Shown here piece by piece: positions 1 to 12,180 of a DNA stretch of 64,000 nucleotides. Numbering within the stretch: the first letter of the stretch is position 1; each line of letters begins with the position of its first letter. This DNA comes from Callorhinchus milii (Eukaryota). The position numbers and the translations under genes were made by a program. Where the stretch lies: the NCBI RefSeq assembly GCF_018977255.1, contig NW_024704743.1, forward strand, positions 106,270,001-106,334,000, given 5' to 3'. The notes under the pieces were generated by a model, which saw nothing but the letters and a program-made list of their open reading frames with translations, was not told the origin of the DNA and searched no databases.

Positions 1-470
1 CTTCACTTTATGCCCTTAATCTCCAGAGCTCCCTTCTTCCTTCTCACTTCTTCACTATCTGTCTTGAAATCCTGCCTTAAAACCTAGCTCTTTGAAAGCA
101 TCTATGGTTACACCCCTTCCACTCTCCCCCTCACCTCTCTCTGAAGCTTGGCACCTGACCCATCATTGTACAGCACTCCGAAACAGCAACAACTTGTATT
201 TACAGCGGATTTCATCCACATCTCTCGGAGCGATTAACAGTGGTGAAGCCCGATGCTGAGCTGGGGGGAGGGGGAAGGTGACTGGAGGCATGGTCGAAGA
301 AGAAGGTCTTCAGGTGCAACCTGAATATGGAGATAGAGGGCGCAAGGCGAAGGGATTGAGGGAGAGTGTTCCACAGCTTCCAGGGCGTAGTGACTGAAGG
401 CCGCCGATGGAGGGTGAGGAGATCGGGGAGTTTGAGGAGGTCTGAACCGCAGGAGAAAAAACGTTAACGG
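1..470. mobile_element. Two decayed L2 3' ends, tail to tail (+ about 1-180, - about 181-470)
   Basis: Similar to the L2 3' region (CTTAAAACCTAGCTCTTTGA; CAACAACTTGTATTT...GGTCGAAGAAGAAGGTCTTCAGG). Confidence 0.65.
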
Positions 471-1789
471 GAACCAAAGAGTATGGCTTCCATCTTGTCA
501 ACATTCAGTTGCAGGAAATTTGCGTGCTAAATTAATGCCGGTTGTTACTGTACATTAACAACTGGAATGACCCATAAATAACTCGGATAAGAGCACTTAC
601 AATATTTTAACCTTTATTAATGATACCAAGCTACATAATGGAGGAAGGTGACTGAGATAAAGAGGATAAATAGCATTCAAGAAAAGCTGGATCAATTAAA
701 ACAATGGTTTAAGGAGTAGCAGGTATATTTTAATGTAGATAAACGCATGATAAATAAACCAATGAAATCCAGTTGTTTCTTATGAAAATTGGACTGTAAG
801 TCAAACTAAGGTATTTTGACCTTATATATTGGGAGAAATCCCAACTGGATCTAGATTTCCTCTATTTATGTAGTATTTTATAGCGTCCAGAATTTAACAC
901 TAATTCAGTCTTATCTTTGAAATTGATTTTCTGTATTTCTTAAAAGAAACTTACAGAAAACATGGTTCAAAATGAAGGCTGAATTTAAGAATTTGCCAAA
1001 TTCTGGGTAAAAAAGTGGAATTCCCTCCCCCCCCCCCATGCTAAAATCTGCATTCAATTCACCAGTGTTATATTGAGGACAAATTTAATCTGGGTTTAGA
1101 TTTCCTCTATTTATTGAGCATTTAAGAATGTCCAAGTATTAACACTTTAAGCTTGATCACCAACTGAACAATAATAGACTGGAAACAACACAAAATAAGC
1201 TTCTACAGAAATATACCAAATAAATCCCGAGTATAAAATTACAAGAGAATAAACTGGTCACTTGTAGCCATGACTGATATGCCGCAGACCACATTTCCAA
1301 CTCATAAAAGAACAAACTTGTATTTTAGCATCAAAATATCTCAAAACACTTCGCTTGTAATTACTGTCAAATAGAATGACTGTTTTCAGAAGTAAACATG
1401 TGACAAGAGGATATTTTAAAGTGTGTGGGGGGCACGATAACCAGCCGTTGACATTGAAAAGTGAGGGCAAGGGAAGCGGAAGATAATTTTTATGTAAGCC
1501 CTGACAGTAAAGTGGATTCCATTAGCCTTTGCAGCCAACTCTGTGAATGTCCTGTGACTTCTGAAAATGAGGGTCAATGCCCCAAGTCACGTCATTCCAT
1601 TAACTGTGTGCATACACTGATTTTTTTTCTTTACAATAAGAATTCCTTTGAGAAGTTCTTCACTCTCGTAGAAGTGTTTGAAAAGGTTTCCGTACTCGAC
1701 AAAAACTTTGCCGAATGCTCTTATAAGAAGGGCAGAAACGTATGTATCAAGGAAGAACATGTTGGGCAGAAGTGACCTTCAAACAATGT

Positions 1790-1935
1790 AGTCAAAGTTG
1801 ACATTCCAGTACAGTGCTGGGAGAGCACAGTATTGTCACAGGTGCCATGCTTTGGTAAATCATAGTCCTGCCTGCCTGTTTAGATGGATCTTAAAGATCC
1901 ATTGGCACTATTCACACAAGCAAAGGAAGTTTGTT
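1790..1935 (+). mobile_element. DeuSINE-like fragment
   Basis: CCAGTACAGTGCTGGGAGAGCACAGTATTGTCACAGGTGCC...GATGGATCTTAAAGATCCATTGGCACTATT. Confidence 0.6.
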
Positions 1936-2339
1936 CCAATGCCCTTACCAACAAATGACATCATACTTCAGTGTGTGGTGTGCAGTGTTCAATTGCAAAG
2001 TGCCAGTACAGACACGATAGCCTTCTGCTGTACTGTAAATTTCTGTTGTTCTGTATTTTTAGTCTATGTAAGTCCGGGGTAAAGGGAGAGGAATTCTGGA
2101 TGAAAATGTTCAGCTCATTGCAAATTATAAGATTCAACTTATAATGCAATCACAATGCCTATTCTCTTTCTTTCGCTCACTCAGGAGGATTTCCCATTGA
2201 TAATTCCTCTGACAGATAAAAATGAATAGACTTAAATCTGTGACTCGCTATGAATCAAGGACATGAAAGAAAATCTACACAGGCAGTCCCTCCAAACCAA
2301 AGACCTAGGAGAAAATTCTACATTCTAAAAAATTCTAAA

Positions 2340-2540
2340 AAAAACCAAAAACAATAATAAATTGGTCATTTTCGATCTACGACTGTTTGTGGGACATTGC
2401 TGTGCGCAATTGGCTGCCGCGTTCGCCCACAAAAATATACTGTCAATTCACTTTACAGTGTGTTCTGTGAAGCGCTTTGGGACGTCCTCCCGACGTGAAA
2501 GGGCTATATCAAATGCAAGGATTATTATTATTATTATTAC
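2340..2540 (+). mobile_element. 5'-truncated copy of the young SINE
   Basis: Matches the 3' 200 nt of the 8311 copy, including the tail. Confidence 0.9.
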
Positions 2541-4244
2541 ATGACTGAAGAGTAAAGAAATGATGGCAGAACATGAATTCAATTTTTTGACATTCTTTAT
2601 TTTATATATTTTTAAGAACAGATATTTTATCCACAGATATGGTTTGGTGTCATGAATATGCATAACTACATCTAGCCTTGATTTCCAGCTAAAATGAGTT
2701 ACTGTTGACTTCATAACATAACCTTAATTCATCTATAATACAATCACATTTTTTGTGAATAAATGTCACATTAGATTGAGATTTATTTGGTCAGCTTTTG
2801 GTCACCTCAGGCAGGTATTAAAAGTATAAACAGAGGAGGGCAGGCGGAGGGAGTTCAGAAAAGGTTCCAAAGGATGGGGCCAAAGTGGCCAAAAACCTGC
2901 TTACTGATGGGTGGGGAACATGACGGAAGACAGAGCTGGCAGAGCAAATGGGATGGTAGAGATTGTATCGCAAGAGATTGCAGTGATGGAGTGCGGCAAG
3001 GCCGTAAAGACATCTGAAGGTGAGGACAAGGTTTGTAAAGTTGATCAGCTCGGGGAAAAAGAGCCAGACGAAGATAGGATTAGAAAATATTTACAAGTTA
3101 TCTGGCCTTGCTTTCTAATAAGATAATATTCATGCTTCACTGGGGCTTTGTACCAGGAAATATCTTCCAACCTGTATTATTTAACATATCTCAAGCAAAC
3201 GTGATATATGAGAGCTTGCTGTCAGGATATCCAGACAATATCCTACACAATGCGTTTTCTGATATTTGCTTTCTTGTATATAAAAAGACCTGCAGGAAAA
3301 ACTCATGCAACTAATAAGAGAATTGCCTTAGCCTTGAGACCATTGTCTTAAAATTTACGTTTGTGCAGAAGTTCTGAAAATCCTTAAATTTCGTCTGAAT
3401 TTGGAAGCTGTTTTTCTTCAGCTCTTTTTAAGAGCACAAGAATTCTCAAAGAATTCTGCACAATCTTGAATTTTAAACCGTTTCAGTGATACCTGAATCC
3501 CTCCCCACCCTTCTCTCCCCCGCCACCCCAGAATCTCACCGGCATATTCAGTAGTAAGAGTGTTTGAAATGGAATCCTTTTTTCCACACAAGTGTGTACA
3601 GAGGCTGACAAAATGATTTCAATATGCATTCCCCCATCTTATTAAATGTTCAATTTTCTCACTTGCAAGATTTTTAATTGAGTGAATAAATTATTACTTG
3701 AATTGTGTGCTTTTAATTCACTGGAAAAGTAGGATAAAGCGATTTGACTATTGTTTGGTAACATGCATTAATTATCTGCCGAGATTGTGTTATGGGGAAT
3801 GCTGGATCTGTAAGGCCAGGACTATTTATCTTTATTCTGTACTTGGTGCATCAGCAGGGCTTTGGGAGCCATAATGCAGATGAATTTGGTGTTCAGCCGG
3901 CTGTGAAATCAAACAATGATGTAATGCTTTCCCTTGTACATACCTTTCAATGTGTTCAAGTACTGGCCAGAAAGCTACAGCAAAGCAGTGAGATGGATGG
4001 TGGGCAGACACACCAACCTGTTTGTCAAATTTAGATATTGGTAAACTCATAAAGCTGTATATTTTCAAAATAAGACTTTATAATAATAAAACTTAAAAAG
4101 ACTTCCCCACCTCCTGTTTATTTGTACAGCAGATAAAATTTACAAAGTAAAGGCATGTTCACATTCAAGTCTGGTGGATTTATATTATCAGACCGTGGGA
4201 TATTCCATTCCTCCCGTTGCCCCATTCTGTAAGTGACTGCAGCT

Positions 4245-7200
4245 ACAACAACAACAAGATTCCATTTATAAAGCGCCTTTCACGTCAGGAGGACGTCCCA
4301 AGGCGCTGCACAGTTGGGTCATGACCCGAGCAGGGGGAAATGGTCAGGGTGAGGGGAGGGATGGGAGGGAGCGAGAAGGGGGAAGAGAGTCGAGAGGGGA
4401 GCTGAAGGCTCGGTCAAAGAGAAAGGTTTTGAGACCGGCCTTGAAGGAGGAGAGGGAGGAAGCAAGGCGAAGGCACTGGGGGATAGAGTTCCAGAGCCTC
4501 GGGGCTGAGAGGCTGAAGGCCCGACCACCGATGGTAGGGCGATTGGGGCGGGGGACGTGGAGCAGACCGGAGCCGGAGGAACGGAGGGTACGGGCAGGTA
4601 GGTAGGGGGATAGTAGGTTGGAGAGGTAGGAGGGAGCAAGGCCGTGAATGGCCTTGTAGGTGAGGATGAGGATCTTGAAATCAATCCTCTGGGGGATGGG
4701 GAGCCAGTGGAGGCGAGCGAGGGTGGGAGTGATGTGGTCCCGAAGCCTGGTGCGGGACAGTACACGAGCTGCAGAGTTCTGAATGACCTGCAGCTTGTGG
4801 AGGGAGGTGGCGGGAAGGCCGGCGAGGAGAGAGTTCCCATAGTCCAGCCTTGAGGTGACAAAGGCGTGAACCAGGGTTTCAGCAGCGTGAGGGGTGAGGT
4901 AATGCCGTAGTCTGGCGATGTTCCGGAGGTGATGGAAGGCGGTGCCAGTTGTGGTGCGGATGTGAGGGAGAAAGGACAGCTCAGGGTCGAACAAAACGCC
5001 GAGGTTCCTGACTGGCTTTGAGAGGTGGAGAGTGCAGCCTTGGATGCTGATGGTGTCAGCGCCTGAGGTGCGGAGGCGCTGACGTGAGCCAATCAGGAGG
5101 GCCTCGGTTTTTCGCACGTTGAGCTGAAGAAAGTTGTCTCTCGTCCAGGACTCGATGTCGGACAGGCAGGCTGTCAGGACATCGGTGGTCGTGGAGTTGA
5201 GAGTAGAGGAGGAAAGGTAGAGTTGGGTGTCATCCGCATACATGTGGAAGTTAACCCATGTCTGCGGATGATGTCACCAAGGGGGAGCATATAGAGGGTG
5301 AAGAGGAGGGGACCGAGGACAGAGCCCTGAGGGACACCACATGAGACAGTACGGGGGGTGGAGGAGAAGCCATTCGTCGAGACAAAGTGAAGACGGTGAG
5401 AAAGGTACGACCTAAACCATTCAAGGACAGTGCCTTGAAGGTTGAGGTGGGAGGACAAGCGGTGGAGTAGGATAGCGTGGTCGACCGTATCGAATGCTGC
5501 CGATAGGTCGAGGAGGACGAGGAGGCAGAGGGAGCCCTGGTCACAGATGGTCAGGATATCATTGGTGACCTTGACCAGGGCAGTTTCTGTGCTATGGGCA
5601 GCACGGAAACCTGACTGAAGGGGTTCGAAAAGAGAATGGGTGGAAAGGAAAGAGCGCAGTTGGGAGGCGACAACTCTTTCCAAGACCTTGGAGAGAAAGG
5701 GGAGGTTGGAGATGGGCCGGTAGCTTGATAGCTGCGACGCATCAAGGGAGGGTTTTTTCAGGGTGGGCGTGATGGTGGCAGTTTTTAATGGAATGGGGAC
5801 AGAGCCAGAGGAGAGGGACAGGTTGATGATGTCGGTGATATGTGGGGCAAGAAAGTGGAGCTGGGAGATAAGGAGTGGAGTGGGGATGGGGTCAAGGGAG
5901 CAGGTGGTTGGTTTTAGGGATAGGATGAGTTTCGTGACAGAGGGTGGGGAAACGGGTACAAAAGTGAGTAGGGGAGGATGGGTAGCAGTCGGAGTGTGGG
6001 AGTGAGGGGGTGGGGGTGGTGGAAGTTGGAGGGGAAGTGACCGCGGAGCGGATTCCCTTGATCTTGGATTCAAGGAAATCCAGCATCTCCTCGCAGTGAA
6101 GGTTGGAGGAGATGACCTGCGCGGGGTGGCGGGGGGGACGGAGGAGTCGGGTTGTGGTGGAAAACAGTAGCCTGGGGTTGTTCTTCGCCTCCAGGATTAT
6201 CCTGGAGTAGAAGGACGACTTGGCCGAGGCTAGAGTGGAGCGGTAAATTTTGAGGAGGTCCAGCCAGATTTGTCGGTGGACCGTTAGGCCAGATTTGACA
6301 CAGGTGCGTTCAGCAGCCCGCACCTGGCTTTTCAGTGAGCGGAGGTGGGTGGTGTACCAGGGGGAGGAGCGGGAGTAGGAGACAGTGCGGGAAGTGATGG
6401 GGGCAAGAGTATCGAGTGTGGAGGAGAGGGTATTGTGGAGGAGGGAGAGAGGAGAAGAGGGGTCGGTGAGGGTTGAAGGCCAGAGGGAGAGGAGTTCAGA
6501 GGACTCCAAGGCATCGGTTAGGGATTGTGGGGGTAACTTCTTCCAAGGGCGGTAGAAGATGGTGGTGGGTCTGGTGGAGGTGGGGAGGGGGGTGGAGGTG
6601 GTGAAGGAGATGAAGTAGTGGTCAGAGATGGCCTTGTCGGTAATAGTGACATCCGAGACACTGAGGCCCCGGGTGATCACCAAATCGAGTGGGTGGCCGT
6701 GACTGTGAGTGGGGGAGTTTATGTGTAAGGAGAGGTTGAGTGAGGAGAGCAGGGAAGAGAAGTCTGTGGAGATGGAGCAGGAGGGGGTGAAGTGTAGGTT
6801 AAAGTCGCCCAGGATGATGAGGCGATCAGAGCAGAGGCAAAGAGATGTGAGGAGTGTTGAAATGTCAGAGATGAAGGTGGGAGAGGTTTTAGGGGGCCGG
6901 TAGAGGAGGAGGATTTTAAGGGAGAGGAATGAGGGGTGGGAGAGGGTGAGGTGCTCAAAGGAGGGGAAAGAGCCAGTGGAGTAGGGGATAGGGCAAGTGG
7001 TGTCCTTGAGATAAGGGCAACACCACCGCCACGGCGGTTGGGGCGGGGGATGTGGTGGGAGGTGTAGCCGGGTGGCGTGGCCTCCGTGAGGGGGAAGGTG
7101 TCGCCTGGGGTGAGCCAGGTTTCTGTTAAGGCCATGATATCAACGTTCTCATCAAGGATGAGATCGTTGATGACCAGGGCCTTGTTGCAGAGGGAGCGGA

Positions 7201-7760
7201 CATTTTGCAGTCCGATGTGGAGGGAGCGGTTGACAGAAGGGTGTGTGGGAGGGGAGGGGGGTCCAGGTTGTGAGGCAGGGGTGGGGGGAATGGGGATGAG
7301 GGAGGAGAGGTTGACTCCCCGGGTCTGTGTCCGGGGTGGCTGGCGAGTGTGGTGGGGAATGGGGCAGTCGGTGTGGCTGCTGCTGGACAGCCAACGCCGA
7401 GTGCCACGGTGAGCCCGGCGGAGGATTCCCAGGCTGGAGCAGAGGGAGGTTGTGGGAGGGTCAAGTGGGGATAGAAGACGAGAGGGACGGAGAGAGAGGA
7501 GGAGAGAGCGGGAGAGATGCAGAGGGGGGAGGGTTTGGGGGGAGAGAGGAGGGGGGCGGGAGGGAGGGGGTGAGGGGGCTCGGGTCAAAGCGGCAGCCAT
7601 AGTGCGCACGCGGGGACCGGGAGCGAGCGGTCAGGTGGATGGCATTATCCCGTAGATTGGGGCAGCGAACCCAACAGGACCATAGTGGGCTCTGATGTGA
7701 GCCCCGGGGGGGGGGGGCGCAGAGGGTTTTTTTTTTGTTTTTTTTTGCGCGCGCACGTAC
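4245..7760 (-). mobile_element. L2-clade non-LTR retrotransposon (LINE), apparently full length, single ORF
   Basis: GC-rich block with an APE endonuclease, an RT domain, the 3' stem-loop GCGCCTTGGGACGTCCTCCTGACGTGAAAGGCGC and a (TTG)n tail. CpG-rich 5' end at about 7600-7760; the 5' boundary is approximate. Confidence 0.92.
4344..7600 (-). CDS. L2 endonuclease/reverse transcriptase polyprotein (about 1085 aa once three frameshifts are corrected)
   Basis: EN motifs [35 protein letters not shown] and SDHY. RT motifs [53 protein letters not shown] and YADDTQLY. Frameshifts at about 6985, about 5990-6040 and about 5256. Confidence 0.88.
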
Positions 7761-7989
7761 CTGAAAACTAATCTATGATGTGCTAAATACCCCTTCCCCG
7801 ACTATGTGTGTCTAGTTGAACCCAAGGCAATTTTGGAAGCTTTTGAGCCAGGCCATAGCACCTCTGAAGTTGCCACCCCGTGAATTATCACGTTTGATGT
7901 CCAATTATCTGATCGAATCACGAAATATCACTTTGTGACTCAACCATGATAGTTGTTCTTTTTAGATACAACCATTCAGTGTGATGTCA

Positions 7990-8240
7990 GAGTGGATCCA
8001 CCTCCAGCACATGGCACACAATTTGAGAAGAGAAGGGAATTTCTCCTCGGGTCCTGACCAACAATACCTCAGATAAAATTGGTTATTCACTTCATGGTGT
8101 TTGTGGGACATTGCTTTTCGCAAAATGCTGCTGGGTTTGCCTATAGAATACAGTCACTAAACGTTATAGTAAATCCTGTGAAGCACTTTGAGATGTTCTG
8201 ATGTGTAAGATGTTTTATCAAAATCATTGTTAATTATTAT
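7990..8240 (+). mobile_element. DeuSINE-like fragment
   Basis: GAAGAGAAGGGAATTTCTCCTCGGGTCCTGACCAACA...TGTTTGTGGGACATTGCT...tail. Confidence 0.65.
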
Positions 8241-8310
8241 CCAGAGACGAGTCAGTGTGTCATAGAGTTGCTAAATAGACCAACTGTTAATTAGCTCAGT
8301 GGAGCTTTGT

Positions 8311-8628
8311 GGAGTCCTGTAGCTCAGTGGTTAGAGCACTCGCTTTGCAACTGAGAGACCTGAGTTCAATTCCAGGCAGGGCGAAACCTTGGGCAAGTTT
8401 CCTCACTCCACACGCCTAATAATAATCCCTCCAAAACCAAAAACAATAATTAAATTGGTCATTTTCAATCTACGACTGTTTGTGGGACATTGCTGTGCGC
8501 AATTGGCTGCCGCGTTCGCCCACAAATATACAGTCAATTCACTTTACAGTGTGTTCTGTGAAGCGCTTTGGGACGTCCTCCTGACGTGAAAAGCGCTATA
8601 TCAAATGCAAGGATTATTATTATTATTA
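8311..8628 (+). mobile_element. Young tRNA-derived SINE, full length, with L2-type 3' tail
   Basis: Pol III A box TAGCTCAGTGG and B box GAGTTCAATTCC in a tRNA-like head, L2-like 3' stem-loop and (TTA)n tail. Nearly identical to the copies at 41580 and 50110. Confidence 0.92.
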
Positions 8629-11600
8629 ATTAGCACACATGTTAATTAACACATCATAAAATTATCTGCACTGGTCTCTTTAACACATGTTTTAGAAATT
8701 AATTTATAAAATTTTAGAAAAAAACCTATGTCAGATGACGAGACCAGAAAATGCTCAGATCTGTCACACAAAATATGAATGAAGGTGAGGATGGCTTTTG
8801 TGCAGTTTTTACTGTGTGCAATGAAGTTATTCTTTCTTTACGATATTCTAAGAGAACGAATGGTCATTGTTGTTTTGGGGAGAAAACAATTCAATGCACT
8901 GACGGTGTCAGCCACATGGTCAATGCTGATACCAATGTAACTGACTGTAACAGCTCTGAATGTTAAAGTACGATAAATGGAACTGAGACATTTAGACACA
9001 TACCTACTGAATAATGCATCAACGTTTAAAGTTATCTTACTTTAGGAGATTTGGATAACCTGTCAAAACAATTTACAGTTTAATGGCATCATACACTATC
9101 CATAATAATGAAGAGGGACAAACCAAGGCTGAGACTCATCAATATGTGCTAACAAGTTAGGAGTTGATCAAAACTTACATTGTACAAAATGAACGGTATC
9201 TGTCATCAGCTCTGAGATGGAAATGAGCAAGTGCGCCAGTGCACAAGTTGAAGGAAACAATTCACACTATTGCAATATATTTTTAATTTTCTTAACTGTT
9301 TTAGGGGAAGGTCACAAAGTGTACTTTGTGTATTATGAAAATCCTGAGCCAAGTGCTAAAGGCAATGACTGATGGAGATGCTTGTTTGGATTTTCTTGAC
9401 TTGTCACTCCAGCTCTGTGAGCCACATGAAATATGTCATCCTTTTGCCAATCTAACCATGGCAACCAAGCCTTGGCTCTTGCCACCTACACATGAAAATG
9501 TCCCTGGATCTGGAGTGGAATGTGCACTCTCCCTGAAGCGACACACTCTAATTCTGGAGCGTGTTAGACACAGATTAGCAAGAATTAAGACTTTCGGGGA
9601 CCCCAGTGTATGTATTGGGGTACTGCTGGAGTTGGTAGCATCCTGTACAATTTTACAAACATTTCTCACTATAGATGGTAGTCGAAAGGACAGTGTGCTA
9701 ACCCTCTGTGACTCTCAGACCTTCCATAAACAGACTTCAAATCTGTAAGAACCATTATAACAGCAGCTTTGGGCAGAAATTTGACATTAAATGTGCTTAA
9801 AGAACATAATTAAGCATTGGAATTGGAGCATTATAAATCACTTGGCAATACATTTCACTGAAATATAATGTCCTTTTTATATTACGGATGTAATGTGACA
9901 TAACTTTCAGTACTGGAGCAATTCAGAACAGGAAACCAGATTTATATTATCCACTCCAAATTGTCCGTGCCTGTCGCAGGAGAGCTTCTGTGTATGTACT
10001 TAATTGCGCACGCATGGAACTTCATTACTCAATGCTGGATATCAGTTAATTGTTTTAATATTATTAAAGATGCCCTGAAAACCGGAGATATACATGGAAA
10101 TCACATTGAACGGATGCTGACAGCCCAGTAGAGAGAGGAAAGCAAGATCTTTCAAAAGCAAACATTAGTAGTCAAGAGGAATGATGTCCCAAACCATGAG
10201 GTGAAGTTGTTTTGTAAAACCCTCAAATTCATGACCTAAGGTTTTTAAACCATTTCCTACAATTAGCTGACATTTGGTCCAGTTGTTTTACAGAGGTCCT
10301 TGTTGATCGCGTCTTCTTGTGCACAAGCCACTGAACATGATGAAAATGCAACCTGCAAACTGTCATCGAGTTGTTTCAGCATTTCTGGTCTCTGTGGTGC
10401 AAAACTAAAATGTCACTTGCAGTTAATGGCTCTGAAAATCAGAGCTGCTTCTGTGTGCATTGAAGCAGACAGGGTCATCTGACTAATTGATGATGATCAG
10501 GCTCTTATCTTCACTTACACTGACCACTGCAGCTGCATTATCCTCAGCTAAGTGCTGGCCAGAGTGACATCTCCCTGGGAAATGTAATGGTTCACTCACA
10601 TCATTACCCAGTTAACCTTTATTTCACTTCTGTTGTTTCCATAATGTTTTGATCCCTCTTTTAAATCTATATCATGTTTACCAAGCAGTCAGATGCTTCA
10701 AGCAGCAATGAACAGAAATAATGATCATAGGGGAGCCGACAAGTACAGCTGCAAATTCAATTCTGCAAAACAGACATTCAAATAGTCTTTACCATCTTTA
10801 AACGTAGCAGGATAATTCTCTGAATGAAATGGAGCTTAAACATTGGAATCTAATTATAATGGGCCCACAATTACTGATGGTAACTCATTTCTACAATAAT
10901 AAAGGAGAATACTCCATGGGGATGTACTTTCAGTACAAATTCCTCCACCTATGTGACAGCCATTTCATTTCTGGTACGCTAATAGTTCAGGATTGACGGT
11001 TTCTGATCAGACTCCAGATTGAACTGAATGCCAATTCCCGTCGAGTCAATGCGGCAAACTATAGACTGATTTGATGCTGATATCAACTGATCATGAATTG
11101 AGGCCTCAATTTGGTCTTCTCAGGATGTAGTGCAGTGCTGCAAATCCCACTCTAAAGAATAGGATTTTATTTGACAAAAAGGATACAGCTGAGACTCTAA
11201 AGGTAATACCATACTGTATTAAAGGATGTTCCTATTAAATATATCACCCTCTGGCAATTAATAGAAATTCAATATGATTAACACAAGAAATGTTATGGTT
11301 ATTTTTTATGCTGCAGAAAATAAGTTTTAGTCAAAGTATTTAACTAGGGTCAGTAGACAGTTTTAGGGTCACAGAGAGACACAGTGCCACACCAAGCTCA
11401 GTAATGATTGTCGACCAGACCCATGTAATCAATTAAACCATCAAAGAATTTTGCTTGTCAAAACAAGTGTTTGTAAAATAAATTATGTAAGAACTTTCTA
11501 TAAATCAAAACAGTGCCTTTGATTTTGCACGAGGTCTCCTTGATCCTATTAATACTGATTTATATTTCCAACCTGATTTGATACCGCTGTAAATGCTTTT

Positions 11601-11797
11601 ATATCACTGCTCCTGGTTTTATATCACCGCATTTTATATCACCGTACTGAATTTTTTTTACACCAGCAGATTTTATTTTGTACCAGATTATAAATTACAC
11701 TGTCTTTTATATTAAAGCACTTTGAACCTATGCCCTCCAGGTGTATCTTCAGAATTACAAGACCAACATTCAAGGCACAAGAGCCATTTTTACCATT

Positions 11798-11799
<2 letters not shown>

Positions 11800-11831
<32 letters not shown>

Positions 11832-12180
11832 GCCTTGCATTTGATTTAGCACCTTATCACATCATTGAGATGTCTCAATATTTAAAGGATATATTGTAAA
11901 GTGGATTGACCTTGTATTTTGTGGGTGCAACGCGGCAGTGAATTGCACACAGCAGTGTCCCACAAACAGTCGTGGATTGAGTGACCAAATTATTATCATT
12001 TTTTTGTAGCGATTATTAACCCCGAAAAGCGACTGCAAATCAACAATCAACTGGGTTCCTACTTCCTGCTAGGTAAACAGAGGCGTGTGGATTAAAGAAA
12101 CTTGCCTAAAGATTAGCCCCACCTGGGAATCAAACCCCGGTCCTATCGCCTGTGACCTAACCATTACGCTGTGGAACCTC
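11800..12180 (-). mobile_element. tRNA-derived SINE, longer/older subfamily
   Basis: (TAA)n tail at 11800-11830; the body matches the 39701 copy in reverse, including the central segment. Confidence 0.85.

Noticed and set aside
2362..2544. Recurring '[17 protein letters not shown]' peptide ORFs (also 8389, 41658, 50109)
   Set aside because: They are translations of the same SINE body, not a gene family.
4319..7655. Overlapping alternative-frame and antisense ORFs in the L2
   Set aside because: Shadow ORFs of a GC-rich, strand-biased coding sequence; only the EN/RT frames carry motifs.
7620..7715. Hammerhead or HDV-like ribozyme at the L2 5' end
   Set aside because: CTGATGTGA does not match CUGANGA with a suitably placed GAAA, and I could fold only nested hairpins, not the HDV double pseudoknot.
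8311..8390. tRNA gene (Ala-like, TGC) at the SINE heads (also 41580 and 50110)
   Set aside because: A and B boxes are present, but there is no proper acceptor stem and the sequence continues into a multi-copy SINE body and tail.
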